Source: Vicinamibacterales bacterium
GTDB taxonomy: Bacteria > Acidobacteriota > Vicinamibacteria > Vicinamibacterales > 2-12-FULL-66-21
Reading direction: 5' to 3'
Length of the DNA stretch: 64,000 bases
Assembly: GCA_048594975.1 (NCBI GenBank)
Contig: JBMDXQ010000145.1
Location: 55,284 to 119,283, forward strand
Each line of letters opens with the position of its first letter. Position 1 is the first letter of the stretch. Below are positions 50,235 to 59,555 of the stretch, one piece after another. The notes under the pieces are model-generated. The model had not been told where the DNA came from. It was given only the letters and a program-made list of their open reading frames with translations, and made no database searches. The position numbers and the translations under genes were made by a program.

Positions 50235-51412
50235 GCGGGAGCGCGGGACACGATCGCGTGAGCGAACACGAGATCGCCGCAGTCGTTCGCGGCGGCGCCC
50301 TCGTGCCCTCGAACCCGGCGTCGTTCGTGGCCATGGCGCTCAGGCACCGGATGGCGCCGCTCCTGGTGCATGCCGGGGTGGCGTCGCGGCTGCCGCGGGA
50401 CGAGGGCGCGCGTCTGGTCGAGCATGCCCGCCACGAGCTGGTCGTCGCCGAGCTGCGCGATCGCGAGCTGGCGCGCGTGCTCGCCCTCCTCGACGCAGCC
50501 GGCCTGCGGCCGCTCGTCGTGAAAGGCGCGCACCTGGCGCACACGTGTTACCCGGAGAGCTACCTCAGGCCGCGCGACGACACGGACCTGTTGCTGCCGC
50601 GCGCGGATGCCGCGCGGCTGACAGCGGTCTTGGCGCGCGCGGGCTACCGACGGCTGCCGGACATCACCGCCGATGTCGTGCACGGTCAGGTACTGTTCGA
50701 GCGTGCCGAGAACGTGTCCGTTGTGCTCGACGTGCACTGGCAAATCGCGTCACCCCGGATCGCCGCCGGGCTGCTGTCCTACGACGAACTGATGATCCAC
50801 GCCGTCGACCTGCCGCGCCTCGGCGAAGGTGCGCGAGCGCCGGCCCCCGTGCACGCGCTGGCGCTCGCGTGCATCCACCAGGCGGCGCACCACTCCGGCC
50901 ACGAGCTGCTGCTCTGGATGTACGACATCCACCTGATCGGCTCCCGCTTCACCCCGGCCGACAGCGGCGAGTTCTGCAGCCTGGCGTTCGATCGGAAGAT
51001 GGCTCGACTGTGTGCGCACGCCATCGCGGCGGCAGCCGAGTTCTTCCCCTTCGATTGTTGCGCGGCGCTGCTCGAGCGGCTCGCCGCCGCCGGCAGCCAC
51101 GAGCCCACGGCGTTTCTCGTCGAGCCGCGCACGCCGCTGGCGCAGCTGGCCTCTGACCTCTCGGTCACGCGCACTCCCGCAGCGCGCTTCCGGCTGCTGC
51201 TGGCGCACCTGTTTCCGCCGCCGGCGTATATGCGCCACGCGTACGGCGTGTCGACGACCGCGCTGCTGCCGTTGTTCTACGGCCATCGCATCGCCCGCGG
51301 CGCCGGCCGGTGGTTGCGCGGAGGACTGCGACACACCAACAGGACTGATCAGGAAGTCGTCCCGTCAACCCCCGATCGTCAACGGCCGACTCCCAAGGGA
51401 CCCTCGGGCTGA
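50231..51412 (+). CDS. Uncharacterised nucleotidyltransferase-family protein (NTP_transf_5-like)
   Basis: Internal start MSGSAGHDRV of ORF-track 49541..51412, with an ATGA overlap. LVVKGAHLAHTCYPESYLRPRDDTDLLLPRADAARL..LARAGY...DVHWQI pattern. Confidence 0.65.
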   Translation: MSGSAGHDRVSEHEIAAVVRGGALVPSNPASFVAMALRHRMAPLLVHAGVASRLPRDEGARLVEHARHELVVAELRDRELARVLALLDAAGLRPLVVKGAHLAHTCYPESYLRPRDDTDLLLPRADAARLTAVLARAGYRRLPDITADVVHGQVLFERAENVSVVLDVHWQIASPRIAAGLLSYDELMIHAVDLPRLGEGARAPAPVHALALACIHQAAHHSGHELLLWMYDIHLIGSRFTPADSGEFCSLAFDRKMARLCAHAIAAAAEFFPFDCCAALLERLAAAGSHEPTAFLVEPRTPLAQLASDLSVTRTPAARFRLLLAHLFPPPAYMRHAYGVSTTALLPLFYGHRIARGAGRWLRGGLRHTNRTDQEVVPSTPDRQRPTPKGPSG

Positions 51413-51496
51413 TGTCTTGATCCCGTCCAATGTCCCGGTGTCGGGCAGTCGGGCGCTGGAAGGCAGGAGTCTTCGCCGGCGTTGTTCAGCAGCACG

Positions 51497-52201
51497 TCAG
51501 TCGCGGGGCAGCGGCCGGGCGGCCCGGGGATTTTCGGGAAGCGTCTCGCCGGCGCGCTTCGGAAGGAACCAGTCCACCAGCCGGATCAGCCGGCCGCGTC
51601 GCGTCGGCAGCAACTCCTGCAGCCGCTCGAAGACCATGATCGCGTCCGCCAGCGTGTGCACGACCCCGATGCCGCGCGAGAGCGCGTGCTCCGTGGCGGC
51701 GGTGTCCGGGTCGCGCTGCATCAGCAGCCCCTTGGCTGCCGACGTCGTGACGACATCGACGCAGTTGATCGACAGATCGTCGACAACGATGTCGAGCCGC
51801 AGGCCGTTGGCGATCTCACCGCGCGAGCCCGGCACCGTCAGCACTGCCGGGAGGAAGAACCCGTGCCGCTCGATCCACCATTGCGTCTGGAACTGGACCG
51901 TGTCGCCGGCGCTCGCCGGCCGGTTCGTCAGGAAGAAGACCTCCCACCCGCCCGCCCGCGCCGCGCTGTATAGCCGCGCAATCTGATCGGGCTCGTACGC
52001 CTCCAGGTCCACCCACCAGTTCCTCCGCTGCGCCACCCACTCCCAGACTCGCTTCACGTCCCTCTGCGGGCTCGCGCGCGCACCGGCCGGCTGATCGGCA
52101 TCCCCGATCTCGCGGCCGAGGCACTGCCGCGCGGCGTCGTGAAACGCGGTGCGGAAGTCGGCCAGCACGCCGTCCACGTCGACGCCGATCCTGAGCGCCA
52201 T
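51497..52201 (-). CDS. HAD-superfamily phosphatase, 5'(3')-deoxyribonucleotidase-like
   Basis: 234 aa. Motif I is IGVDVDGVLADF. The start overlaps the stop of the upstream ligase-like gene by 1 nt (TGATG). Confidence 0.6.
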   Translation of the reverse strand: MALRIGVDVDGVLADFRTAFHDAARQCLGREIGDADQPAGARASPQRDVKRVWEWVAQRRNWWVDLEAYEPDQIARLYSAARAGGWEVFFLTNRPASAGDTVQFQTQWWIERHGFFLPAVLTVPGSRGEIANGLRLDIVVDDLSINCVDVVTTSAAKGLLMQRDPDTAATEHALSRGIGVVHTLADAIMVFERLQELLPTRRGRLIRLVDWFLPKRAGETLPENPRAARPLPRD

Positions 52202-53457
52202 CAGGGCGTCGGCGCAGCCGCCTCACGCGACGAGGCGTGGACCAGGATCGCGGCGGCGACCGCGGCGGTGGCGGCATTGGCTGGCGTCGTCAGGCCGGTC
52301 TCGAGCAGGCTCTGGACGGCGACGCCGAACAGGCCGCTCGCCGCGCCCGCTCGGATCCAGAAAATCGGGGTGTCGTCCGAAGCGAGCCGCCGGGACGCGC
52401 CGCGAAGCAGCGCCGCCAGCGCGCCGGCCAGCGGGATTGCCACCAGCAGTCCACCTTCGGAGAGCACCTGCAGGTAGTGGTTGTGCGCCTGGTTGAAGAT
52501 CACGCCCGCCAGGTCACGCTGGTACACGGCCATCGACGTTTGATACGTGCCGAGGCCGGTGCCCGTCAACCAGAAATCCCGGACGACCGCCATCGTATCC
52601 CGCCAGATCGCGGCCCGGCCGGCGACGCTGGCGCCGGCGCTGGCCAGGCGTCCCGTCACGAGCGATGCGTCCATGCCCCACAGGACGATCGCGACCGATG
52701 CCATCGTGCCGCCGGCAATCAGGATCGCCGGGCGCGCCAGCCGGCGCGGCGCGGCGACGAGCCGCCCGCGCGCCAGCAGCGCCGCCACCGCGGCCGCGGC
52801 CACCATCCCGATGACGGCGGACCTCGACAACGAGACGACCGTCGCGGCCATCAGCAGAACGGCCGCGCCAAGCAGCAGCCCGCCGCGCAGATCGAGGGCA
52901 TCCAACAGGCGGCGCTGCCAGGGCGTTCCCGCTCGCGGGCCATGGTGCGCCGTGGCGTGCGCCATCACGTAGCCGGCACACAGCGGTGCGACGAGGATGG
53001 CCCACGTGCCGAAGTGGTTGCGGTTGACGAAGGGGCCGAACGGAGCAGGCCCCTGATCGAGTGGCCGCCACGTCCAGTACATCAGGCCGCGCGCCGTGGC
53101 GTCCTGCGCGACGGCGACGATCGACAGCGTCAGGCCGCTGCAGGCCAGCACGCGCACCACGAGGCGCAAGCCGCCGGCAGCGAAGATGTGCCGCGCGCAG
53201 ACAAACAGCACCAGCGCGCCGCCGAACAGCAGCACGGCCGCGGCCGTCGCGTCGGCATCGATGGTCAGGGGCAGCGACCCGCGCGCGGGCGTCAGGCTCA
53301 GCGCCGTCCCCACGCGTTCGGCGGCGGGGGAAACCGCGGTGCGCAGTAGCGGCGGGAAGGGCACCAGCTGCAGCGCGGCGGTACCGGCGGCGAGTGCCAG
53401 CCAGCGATCGAGTGCCGGCGCCGGACCGCGCCCCAGGACCGCCGGCCGGTACAGCAC
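52201..53457 (-). CDS. O-antigen ligase / Wzy_C-family polytopic membrane protein
   Basis: 418 aa with a GTG start. Many TM segments. FWLTGTGLGTY....Y........AHNHYLQVLSEGGLL is typical of the Wzy_C domain. Confidence 0.75.
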   Translation of the reverse strand: MLYRPAVLGRGPAPALDRWLALAAGTAALQLVPFPPLLRTAVSPAAERVGTALSLTPARGSLPLTIDADATAAAVLLFGGALVLFVCARHIFAAGGLRLVVRVLACSGLTLSIVAVAQDATARGLMYWTWRPLDQGPAPFGPFVNRNHFGTWAILVAPLCAGYVMAHATAHHGPRAGTPWQRRLLDALDLRGGLLLGAAVLLMAATVVSLSRSAVIGMVAAAAVAALLARGRLVAAPRRLARPAILIAGGTMASVAIVLWGMDASLVTGRLASAGASVAGRAAIWRDTMAVVRDFWLTGTGLGTYQTSMAVYQRDLAGVIFNQAHNHYLQVLSEGGLLVAIPLAGALAALLRGASRRLASDDTPIFWIRAGAASGLFGVAVQSLLETGLTTPANAATAAVAAAILVHASSREAAAPTP

Positions 53458-53581
53458 GACGAGCGCGACACAGGCGAACGCCGGGATGGCGAGGTGGCGT
53501 GGGTAGGTTCCGCCGAAGGCGAACGCCGTCCAGGCCAGTAGCGCGGCGACGACGGCCGCCCCCGCCGCTGACCCGGGGCGG

Positions 53582-55849
53582 CTACGCGGAAACCTGGTTC
53601 TGACCGTAGTAGCTCTTGTACTGATACCCGTAGTATCGGGCGTAGTAGTACTTGTTCCGATCCAGGTCGACCCGGTTGAGGACGGCGCCGATCCCGCGCA
53701 GGCGCCCGGCCCGCAACGTCTCGAGGGCCCGCTCCGCGTGCACCCGTCGGGTCATCTCCGATCCGATCACGAACACCATGCCGCCGAGCCTCGGCGCGAG
53801 GACGGCCGCGTCGGTGACCGCCAGCACCGGCGGGGTGTCGATGACCACCCACTCGAACGGGCCGGTGGCGAGGTTGGCGAGCAGCTGGTTCATCCGATCG
53901 GACCCGAGCAGCTCCGACGGGTTCGGCGGCGTCGGCCCGGCCGTAATGACGAACAGGTTCGGCTCGCGGGTGCGCTGCACGACGTCGCGCACGCGCGACT
54001 GGCCGACGAGCAGGTGCGAGAGCCCGCGCACGTTGGGCAGGCCGACCGTCCGGTGAAGCGCCGGCCGCCGCATGTCGGCGTCGATGAGCAGCACGCGCGA
54101 GCCGGCCAGCGCCAGGGCGAGCGAGATGTTGCAGGCGGTCGTCGTTTTGCCTTCGAGCGGCTGGCTGCTCGTCACGCCGATGATACGCGCCTGTTCGCTC
54201 GAGCTGGTGAACACGAGCGACGTCCGCAGCGACCGGAACGCCTCGCCGAAGTCGTGCGGGACCGTCTCGGTGAGCAGCGGCACGCGGCCGCCGCGTACCG
54301 AGGGGAGCAGTCCGAGCAGCGGCAGCCCCAGCCGCCGGGTGACGTCGTCCGGCGTCTTCACCGTGTCGTCCAGGTACTCGAGGCCGAACACGAGCCCCAG
54401 TGCCATTGTGAGTCCTGCCAGAATCGCGGTGATCAGGTCGCGCCGCGTGTCCGGCGTGATCGGCACTGCCGGCGGTTGCGCCCGATCCATCAGCTTCACG
54501 TTGTTGGCCTTGCTGTTGGCCGCGATCTGCACCTTCTGGTATTCGGTGATCAGCGACTTGTGCAGCTCGCGGCTCGCGTCGGCCTGGCGCTTGAGCCCGT
54601 TGTACTCCGCCGCTTTCTTGTCGAGCGCCGCGACGCTGGCGGTCTGCGCCTGGAAGGTGTGCGCGAGCTGTCCCTCCTGGTGCCGCGCGCTCTCGTAGGC
54701 GCTTCGGTAGCGCTCCTTCGCGCGGAACCGCGCCGCGACGAGCTCCTGCTGCGCGTTCTCGAGGCTCACCTTCAGCTTGCGCATGGTTTCGTGGTTCTCG
54801 CCGTAGCGCTGTCCGAGCTGTGACTGCTCGGCGAGCAGGCGGTTCAGCTCGCCGCGCGCCTTGACCACGTCTTCCGCCATGCCGATGAGCGGGATGAGGT
54901 CGGCCGAGTCGTCGCCCGGCTTCGCTCCGGCGACCTGGTTCCACTGGTTCGACGCGCTGCGCAGCGCCGCCTGCGCGCTCAGCCACTGGGTATTGAGCTC
55001 GTTCAGGCGCGTGACCACGACGTTGGTGCGATCCTCGAGCGACTGCGCGTTCCGGTCCTCCCGGTAGCGGGCGAGAGCGTCTTCCGCCTCGCGCGCGCGC
55101 TGGTCGGCGCTCGCCAGCTCCTTCTCGATCCACCGCAGCGTGTTCGTGGTCGCTTCCAGCCGGTTCTCCAGGTTCTGTGCGACGTACTCCTCGGCAATGG
55201 TGTTGGCGGCAAGCGCCGCGAACTGCGGATCGTGATGCCGGTAGACGATGTTGACGAGCAGCGACGCCTCGACCGGCACGATCGTGACGCGGCTCATGAG
55301 CGCAGTGATCACCGTCTCTTCCCGCGACGCCGGCGCCTGCGCCACAGCCGGGTCCGGCGTCCCGCCCGGACGGGAGAACAGGCCGCGTACCCACACGGTC
55401 AGGCCGCTGCGCGCCTGCCGCAGCAGCGACAGCGGGTCGCGCCCCACCGGGCCGCTGCCGCTGAACAGCGGGTGATCGACCAGCTTCAGCCGCCGGACGA
55501 CGCGCCGCCCGACCTCGCGGCTGCGCATCACCTGGTACTGCGTCGTGTAGTACGCCTCGATCGCCTGGTAGTTCAGCGGGTCGGTCACGCCGATCGCGCC
55601 GATGGACGTCGACCGCTCGTCGCTGATCTCCACCTGGGCCGACGTCTGGTAGATCGGGATCGTCGAGTACGACTGCACCATCATGATCCCGAACACGAGC
55701 AGGAATGCGGTCGCGGCGATGCGGCGGTGCTTGAAAACGGCGTTGAGGCGATCCAGCAGGTGAACGGGCTGGCCGGAGGCCGGCAGCGGCACCCCGGGCG
55801 GCGTTTCCGTGGCACCCACCGCCGCTCGCATCTCCTGGGTATCGAACAT
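53582..55849 (-). CDS. wzc: Polysaccharide co-polymerase / tyrosine autokinase (Wzc/GumC, PCP-2a)
   Basis: 755 aa. Wzz-type N-terminal TM, long coiled-coil periplasmic region and a second TM. Walker A is SSQPLEGKTTTA, A' is LLIDADMRRP, B is VVIDTPPVLAVTDA. C-terminal Tyr cluster YYYARYYGYQYKSYYG. Confidence 0.9.
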   Translation of the reverse strand: MFDTQEMRAAVGATETPPGVPLPASGQPVHLLDRLNAVFKHRRIAATAFLLVFGIMMVQSYSTIPIYQTSAQVEISDERSTSIGAIGVTDPLNYQAIEAYYTTQYQVMRSREVGRRVVRRLKLVDHPLFSGSGPVGRDPLSLLRQARSGLTVWVRGLFSRPGGTPDPAVAQAPASREETVITALMSRVTIVPVEASLLVNIVYRHHDPQFAALAANTIAEEYVAQNLENRLEATTNTLRWIEKELASADQRAREAEDALARYREDRNAQSLEDRTNVVVTRLNELNTQWLSAQAALRSASNQWNQVAGAKPGDDSADLIPLIGMAEDVVKARGELNRLLAEQSQLGQRYGENHETMRKLKVSLENAQQELVAARFRAKERYRSAYESARHQEGQLAHTFQAQTASVAALDKKAAEYNGLKRQADASRELHKSLITEYQKVQIAANSKANNVKLMDRAQPPAVPITPDTRRDLITAILAGLTMALGLVFGLEYLDDTVKTPDDVTRRLGLPLLGLLPSVRGGRVPLLTETVPHDFGEAFRSLRTSLVFTSSSEQARIIGVTSSQPLEGKTTTACNISLALALAGSRVLLIDADMRRPALHRTVGLPNVRGLSHLLVGQSRVRDVVQRTREPNLFVITAGPTPPNPSELLGSDRMNQLLANLATGPFEWVVIDTPPVLAVTDAAVLAPRLGGMVFVIGSEMTRRVHAERALETLRAGRLRGIGAVLNRVDLDRNKYYYARYYGYQYKSYYGQNQVSA

Positions 55850-55876
55850 GTGGTCCTGTCTGCGGGCGGAACGCCG

Positions 55877-56422
55877 CTACCGCTGTGCGCTCACGGGACG
55901 GACCGCCTCCGGCGCAATCGCGGTGATACCGGCCAGGGCCGCCGCGGAAACCGCGGCCGCGCCGGCGCTGCTGAAGAACTCGGCGTACCACGGCACCTTC
56001 ACGCGGAGCCTGACGAACGTGGCGACCGTCTCGCCGGGCGCGATCGTGAACGGCTGGCCGAGCGCCAGGACCCCACCGCTCTCCGAGACCAGCTCGACGA
56101 GATACGATCCGCTCTCGACGCTCGCGAACGTGAACCGGCCGTCCTCGCCGCCGACCGTGGTCGCCTCGACGCGCCCGGTCTGCAGGTTCCGCAGCCGAAG
56201 CCGCGCGTTCGGGATGGGAGAATTGTCGGCGTACCACGCGGCGCCGAGAATCGACGTCCCACGCCGCGCCGCGGCGCTCGTGGCGTCCGCCTTCGCCGGC
56301 GGTGCCGCGTCGGCATGGCGCCGCGCCGGCGGGTCCGTCCGCGGAGCGGCGGCCGCGATGAGCGTGCCGAGCAGCAGGCAGACCATCGGCCAGCCGACCG
56401 ACCGGGATGCGCGAGTCCTCAT
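55877..56422 (-). CDS. Carboxypeptidase-regulatory-like domain protein (secreted)
   Basis: Internal start MRTRASRSVGWPMVCLLLGTLIAAAAP of ORF-track 55877..56572. NARLRLRNLQTGRVEATTVGGEDGRFTFASVESGSYLVEL. First gene of the wzc operon. Confidence 0.65.
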   Translation of the reverse strand: MRTRASRSVGWPMVCLLLGTLIAAAAPRTDPPARRHADAAPPAKADATSAAARRGTSILGAAWYADNSPIPNARLRLRNLQTGRVEATTVGGEDGRFTFASVESGSYLVELVSESGGVLALGQPFTIAPGETVATFVRLRVKVPWYAEFFSSAGAAAVSAAALAGITAIAPEAVRPVSAQR

Positions 56423-56440
56423 GGAGATACCCGTCTTATC

Positions 56441-56459
56441 GGTTCCCCGGGCGGGAACC
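56441..56459 (-). promoter_or_regulatory. Hairpin in the 5' leader of the wzc operon
   Basis: GGTTCCC-CGGGC-GGGAACC (7-bp stem), 19-37 nt upstream of start 56422. Confidence 0.35.
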
Positions 56460-56910
56460 CTACGACCAGCGCAATTTTGAAGCCGTGTGTGTCCCGGCAT
56501 CGTACCGGCTCGACGCCATGGGACAACCGGAGTGGCCAGCGGAAGCCTCGGCAGCCCCGGGCTTCTCTGCAAGGCGGTAAACCCGTAGAGCCAAAGTACT
56601 TAATGACCATCGCCGCACGGGCGCCCGGGACGCCAGTCGAACCATGTACCGCGCGGTCGACGCACGGCGTCTTCACAGGCGTTCCGGGCGCGGCCCGGAG
56701 GCCCGCGACGCTCATCCACCCGCGGTTCAGAACCGTGATCGATATTGCAGTGCTGTTATCAGCCGGCCCAACGCTGCCACGAGGCCGGACGGCGCTGCGC
56801 GGCGGCCGCGGCAATCCGGTGCGAATCTCGCCAGCCACGCCTGTCTGCAGCGGGCTCCAGCCGAGGCGCGCCGGCCGCACCATTTTGTGGCCGGGAGTTA
56901 CAATTCGCGC

Positions 56911-57189
56911 ATGGCCGTCACGCTGGAGTCCCGTGTGTCAATTTCCGACGACGCGGTTTTCCGCGAGCTCGAGGGGGAGGCGGTGATCGTTCATCTCGAC
57001 TCCGGGACGTACTACGGCCTCGATCCCGTCGGGACCCGACTGTGGCAGCTGATCGACACGCACGGGCGACTGCAGCGTGCATTCGACGCGGCGCTCGAGG
57101 AGTTCGATGTCGAACCGGAACGGCTGCAACACGATCTGCTCCAGCTCGTGTCCGAGCTCGCGCGCCACAGGCTCGTCGAGGTACGGTGA
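56911..57189 (+). CDS. PqqD-family RiPP recognition element (lasso peptide B1)
   Basis: Internal start MAVTLESRVS of ORF-track 56644..57189. AVFRELEGEAVIVHLDSGTYYGLDPVGTRLWQLID is a typical PqqD fold sequence. Confidence 0.85.
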   Translation: MAVTLESRVSISDDAVFRELEGEAVIVHLDSGTYYGLDPVGTRLWQLIDTHGRLQRAFDAALEEFDVEPERLQHDLLQLVSELARHRLVEVR

Positions 57190-57596
57190 TGGGGCGCGCG
57201 AACGCCGGGCCGCCGTTCGCGCTGCGTCTCGAAGCGTACGTGCTGGCCGTGCTCGTCCGCATCATCCTCCGCACCACGTCGCTCAAGCGCGCGGGTGCGC
57301 TGCTCGCGCGCGTGCCACGGCGCCGCGCGGGCGGCGCCGACACCGCCGCAACCTGTCTCGGCGCAGCTTCCGAGGCCGCGGCCCGAGTCGCCCACCCGAC
57401 CTGCCTCTTCGAGTCGCTGGTTGCCTTCGCGCTGCTCGCGCGGCGCGGCTACGACGTCGTGCTCCACGTCGGCGCCAGGCGCGAAGCCGGGCTGGAGGCG
57501 CACGCCTGGGTGACGATCGCGGGTCGCCCCTGCCAGCCGGAAGCGCTCCTCGGCTACACCGAGTTCTGGCGCGTCGTGGCCGCGTCCGGACGGTGA
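57189..57596 (+). CDS. Lasso peptide biosynthesis B2 protein (transglutaminase-like Cys protease)
   Basis: Internal start MGRANAGPP, with a TGATG overlap. CLFESLVAFALLARRGYDVVLHVGAR......HAWVTIAG matches the catalytic Cys/His signature of B2 leader peptidases. Confidence 0.85.
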   Translation: MGRANAGPPFALRLEAYVLAVLVRIILRTTSLKRAGALLARVPRRRAGGADTAATCLGAASEAAARVAHPTCLFESLVAFALLARRGYDVVLHVGARREAGLEAHAWVTIAGRPCQPEALLGYTEFWRVVAASGR

Positions 57597-57600
57597 GCGC

Positions 57601-59469
57601 ATGAGCGGCGTTGCCGCCGTCTTGCGCGCGTCCGCCGACGCACCGGCGGAAGCGGACCTCGGGCCCATGCTCGCCGCCTCGGCGCACCGAGCGCCTCACG
57701 GGACCGCCGCATGGTCGGGTGAGGGCGTCGCGCTCGGATACCTGTCGTTCGAGACGATTCCCGGCAGCGAACCGCAACCGCTCGTCGACCCGTTGCGCGG
57801 CCTGGCGATCGTGTTCGATGGCCGCCTCGACAATCGCGAGGAGCTGGCGACGGCGCTGGACGTGGATGCCGGGACGTCGGATTCGCGCCTGGTACTCGAG
57901 GCCTTTGCCGCCTGGGGACCCGGGGCCGCGCCGCGTGCGCTCGGCGACTTCGCGTGGATCGCATGGGACGCGGTCCGCCGCCGGCTGGTGGCGGCGCGCG
58001 ATCATCTTGGCAGCCGTCCCCTGCATTACTGCGCGCGACCCGACGTGGTCCTCTGCGCGACCGATGTGGCCCAGTTGCTGGCGCATGCCTCGACGCCCCG
58101 GGAGGCCGACCCGGATGTCGTCGCCGATTACCTCGCGCTCGACGTGCAGAACGCCGCCGCGACGCTGCTGCGCGGCGTCAACCGCGTGCCGCCCGGCCAC
58201 GTGCTGGTCGTCGAGCGGGGCCGCGCGTCTCTCCGCCGGTACTGGCGCGCCGAGCCGCGCGAGACGCTGCGCCTGCGCGGCGATCGCGAGTATGCGCAGC
58301 GATGCCGCGAGCTGCTGGCGCGCAGCGTCGCCGCGCGGATGCGGAGCCGCCGTCCGGTGGCGGCGATGCTGAGCGGCGGCGTCGATTCGTCGTCGATCGT
58401 GGCGACGGCTGCGCGGCTGCAGGCGGGGCCGGGCGCGGGCATCGCGCCGTACTCGATGGTGTTTCCCGGCCGCTCGGAGGCGGACGAGCGCGCGTTCATC
58501 GAAGAGGTCGCGGCGCACCACGGCCTGACGGCCGTGCTCGTGGAGCCCGCGCGCGTGACCGCGCGCGCCATGCGCGAGCACGCCGCGCGAACGCTCGACT
58601 GCCCAGCCTTTGCGTCCGACTTCGGCGCCCGCAGCCTGTACGACGCGATTCGCGGCCGCGGGCACGACGTCGTGCTCACCGGCGCCGGCGGCGACTACCT
58701 GTTCGGCGGCAGCGTGTTCCAGTACGCCGACCACCTCCGCGAGTTACGCGTCGCAGCCGCCGTGCGCCAGTTCCTCGCCGACCGGCACACCCAGTCGTCC
58801 GGTTGGTCCCGCCTGGCGCTGTTCCAGGCCGGCGTCTGGCCGCTCCTGCCGGGAGGGCTCAAACGCGTCCTGCGTCCCGCGGCGCGCCGCGTTGCCGGGA
58901 TACGCGACCGCCCGCCGTGGTTGCGGCTTCCGCGGGCGGCGCGACCGGCGACGCCGGAGCGGCAGCGCGGCGGGAGCTTCGCGACCGAGGAAGTGACGCG
59001 CGAGCTGGGGAGCGGACTGCACAGTCTCTTCCTCGAGGCCGGGGAGCGCGAGCTCGCCCGGGTGCCGCTCGAAGCCCGAGACCCGCTGCTCGACGTGCGC
59101 CTGGTGGAGTTCGCGCTGTCGATTCCAGAGACCCAGCGCCGCCGGGGGCCGGTGCACAAGTTGGTGCTGCGCAACGCCCTCGGGCCGGATCTCCCGCCGC
59201 GCGTCGCCACGCGGCGGACCAAGGCCGCGTTCGGCTACGTGATCATGGAGGTGCTCGCGGCGCTCGGCGGCGCCAGCTTCCTCACCTCGATGCGCATCGC
59301 CGAGGCGGGCTGGGTCGATGGCGCCGCGCTCGCGACGGCATACGAGCGCGCGCGGCGGCGGTTCTCCGCCGGCGACCTGCGGTACGGGAACGAGTTGCCC
59401 TGGCTCTGGATGGCAGTCGCGATCGAGTTGTGGTTCGACGCGGTGTTCGAGCGCGCGTCGCCGGGGTGA
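57601..59469 (+). CDS. Asparagine-synthetase-like lasso cyclase (C protein)
   Basis: 622 aa. The N-terminus is MSGV (Ser in place of the glutaminase Cys). PP-loop is VAAMLSGGVDSSSIV. Flanked by B2 and the precursor. Confidence 0.85.
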   Translation: MSGVAAVLRASADAPAEADLGPMLAASAHRAPHGTAAWSGEGVALGYLSFETIPGSEPQPLVDPLRGLAIVFDGRLDNREELATALDVDAGTSDSRLVLEAFAAWGPGAAPRALGDFAWIAWDAVRRRLVAARDHLGSRPLHYCARPDVVLCATDVAQLLAHASTPREADPDVVADYLALDVQNAAATLLRGVNRVPPGHVLVVERGRASLRRYWRAEPRETLRLRGDREYAQRCRELLARSVAARMRSRRPVAAMLSGGVDSSSIVATAARLQAGPGAGIAPYSMVFPGRSEADERAFIEEVAAHHGLTAVLVEPARVTARAMREHAARTLDCPAFASDFGARSLYDAIRGRGHDVVLTGAGGDYLFGGSVFQYADHLRELRVAAAVRQFLADRHTQSSGWSRLALFQAGVWPLLPGGLKRVLRPAARRVAGIRDRPPWLRLPRAARPATPERQRGGSFATEEVTRELGSGLHSLFLEAGERELARVPLEARDPLLDVRLVEFALSIPETQRRRGPVHKLVLRNALGPDLPPRVATRRTKAAFGYVIMEVLAALGGASFLTSMRIAEAGWVDGAALATAYERARRRFSAGDLRYGNELPWLWMAVAIELWFDAVFERASPG

Positions 59470-59555
59470 CGCCGGTCCGGCTGCGGGCTATGATGTCAGG
59501 AGCGAGGCGCGCCGCCTCCATGTCCCGGCGGCCGCGGAGGGCTGGCGGGGGCTGC

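Noticed and set aside
59490-59555. Upstream in-frame ATGs (59490, 59493, 59520) as precursor starts.
   Set aside because: They would give a 71-81 aa, very Arg-rich N-terminal extension. The GGAGG at 59537 and a hairpin at 59504-59518 lie inside that stretch, which favours ATG 59556. The core peptide prediction is unaffected either way.
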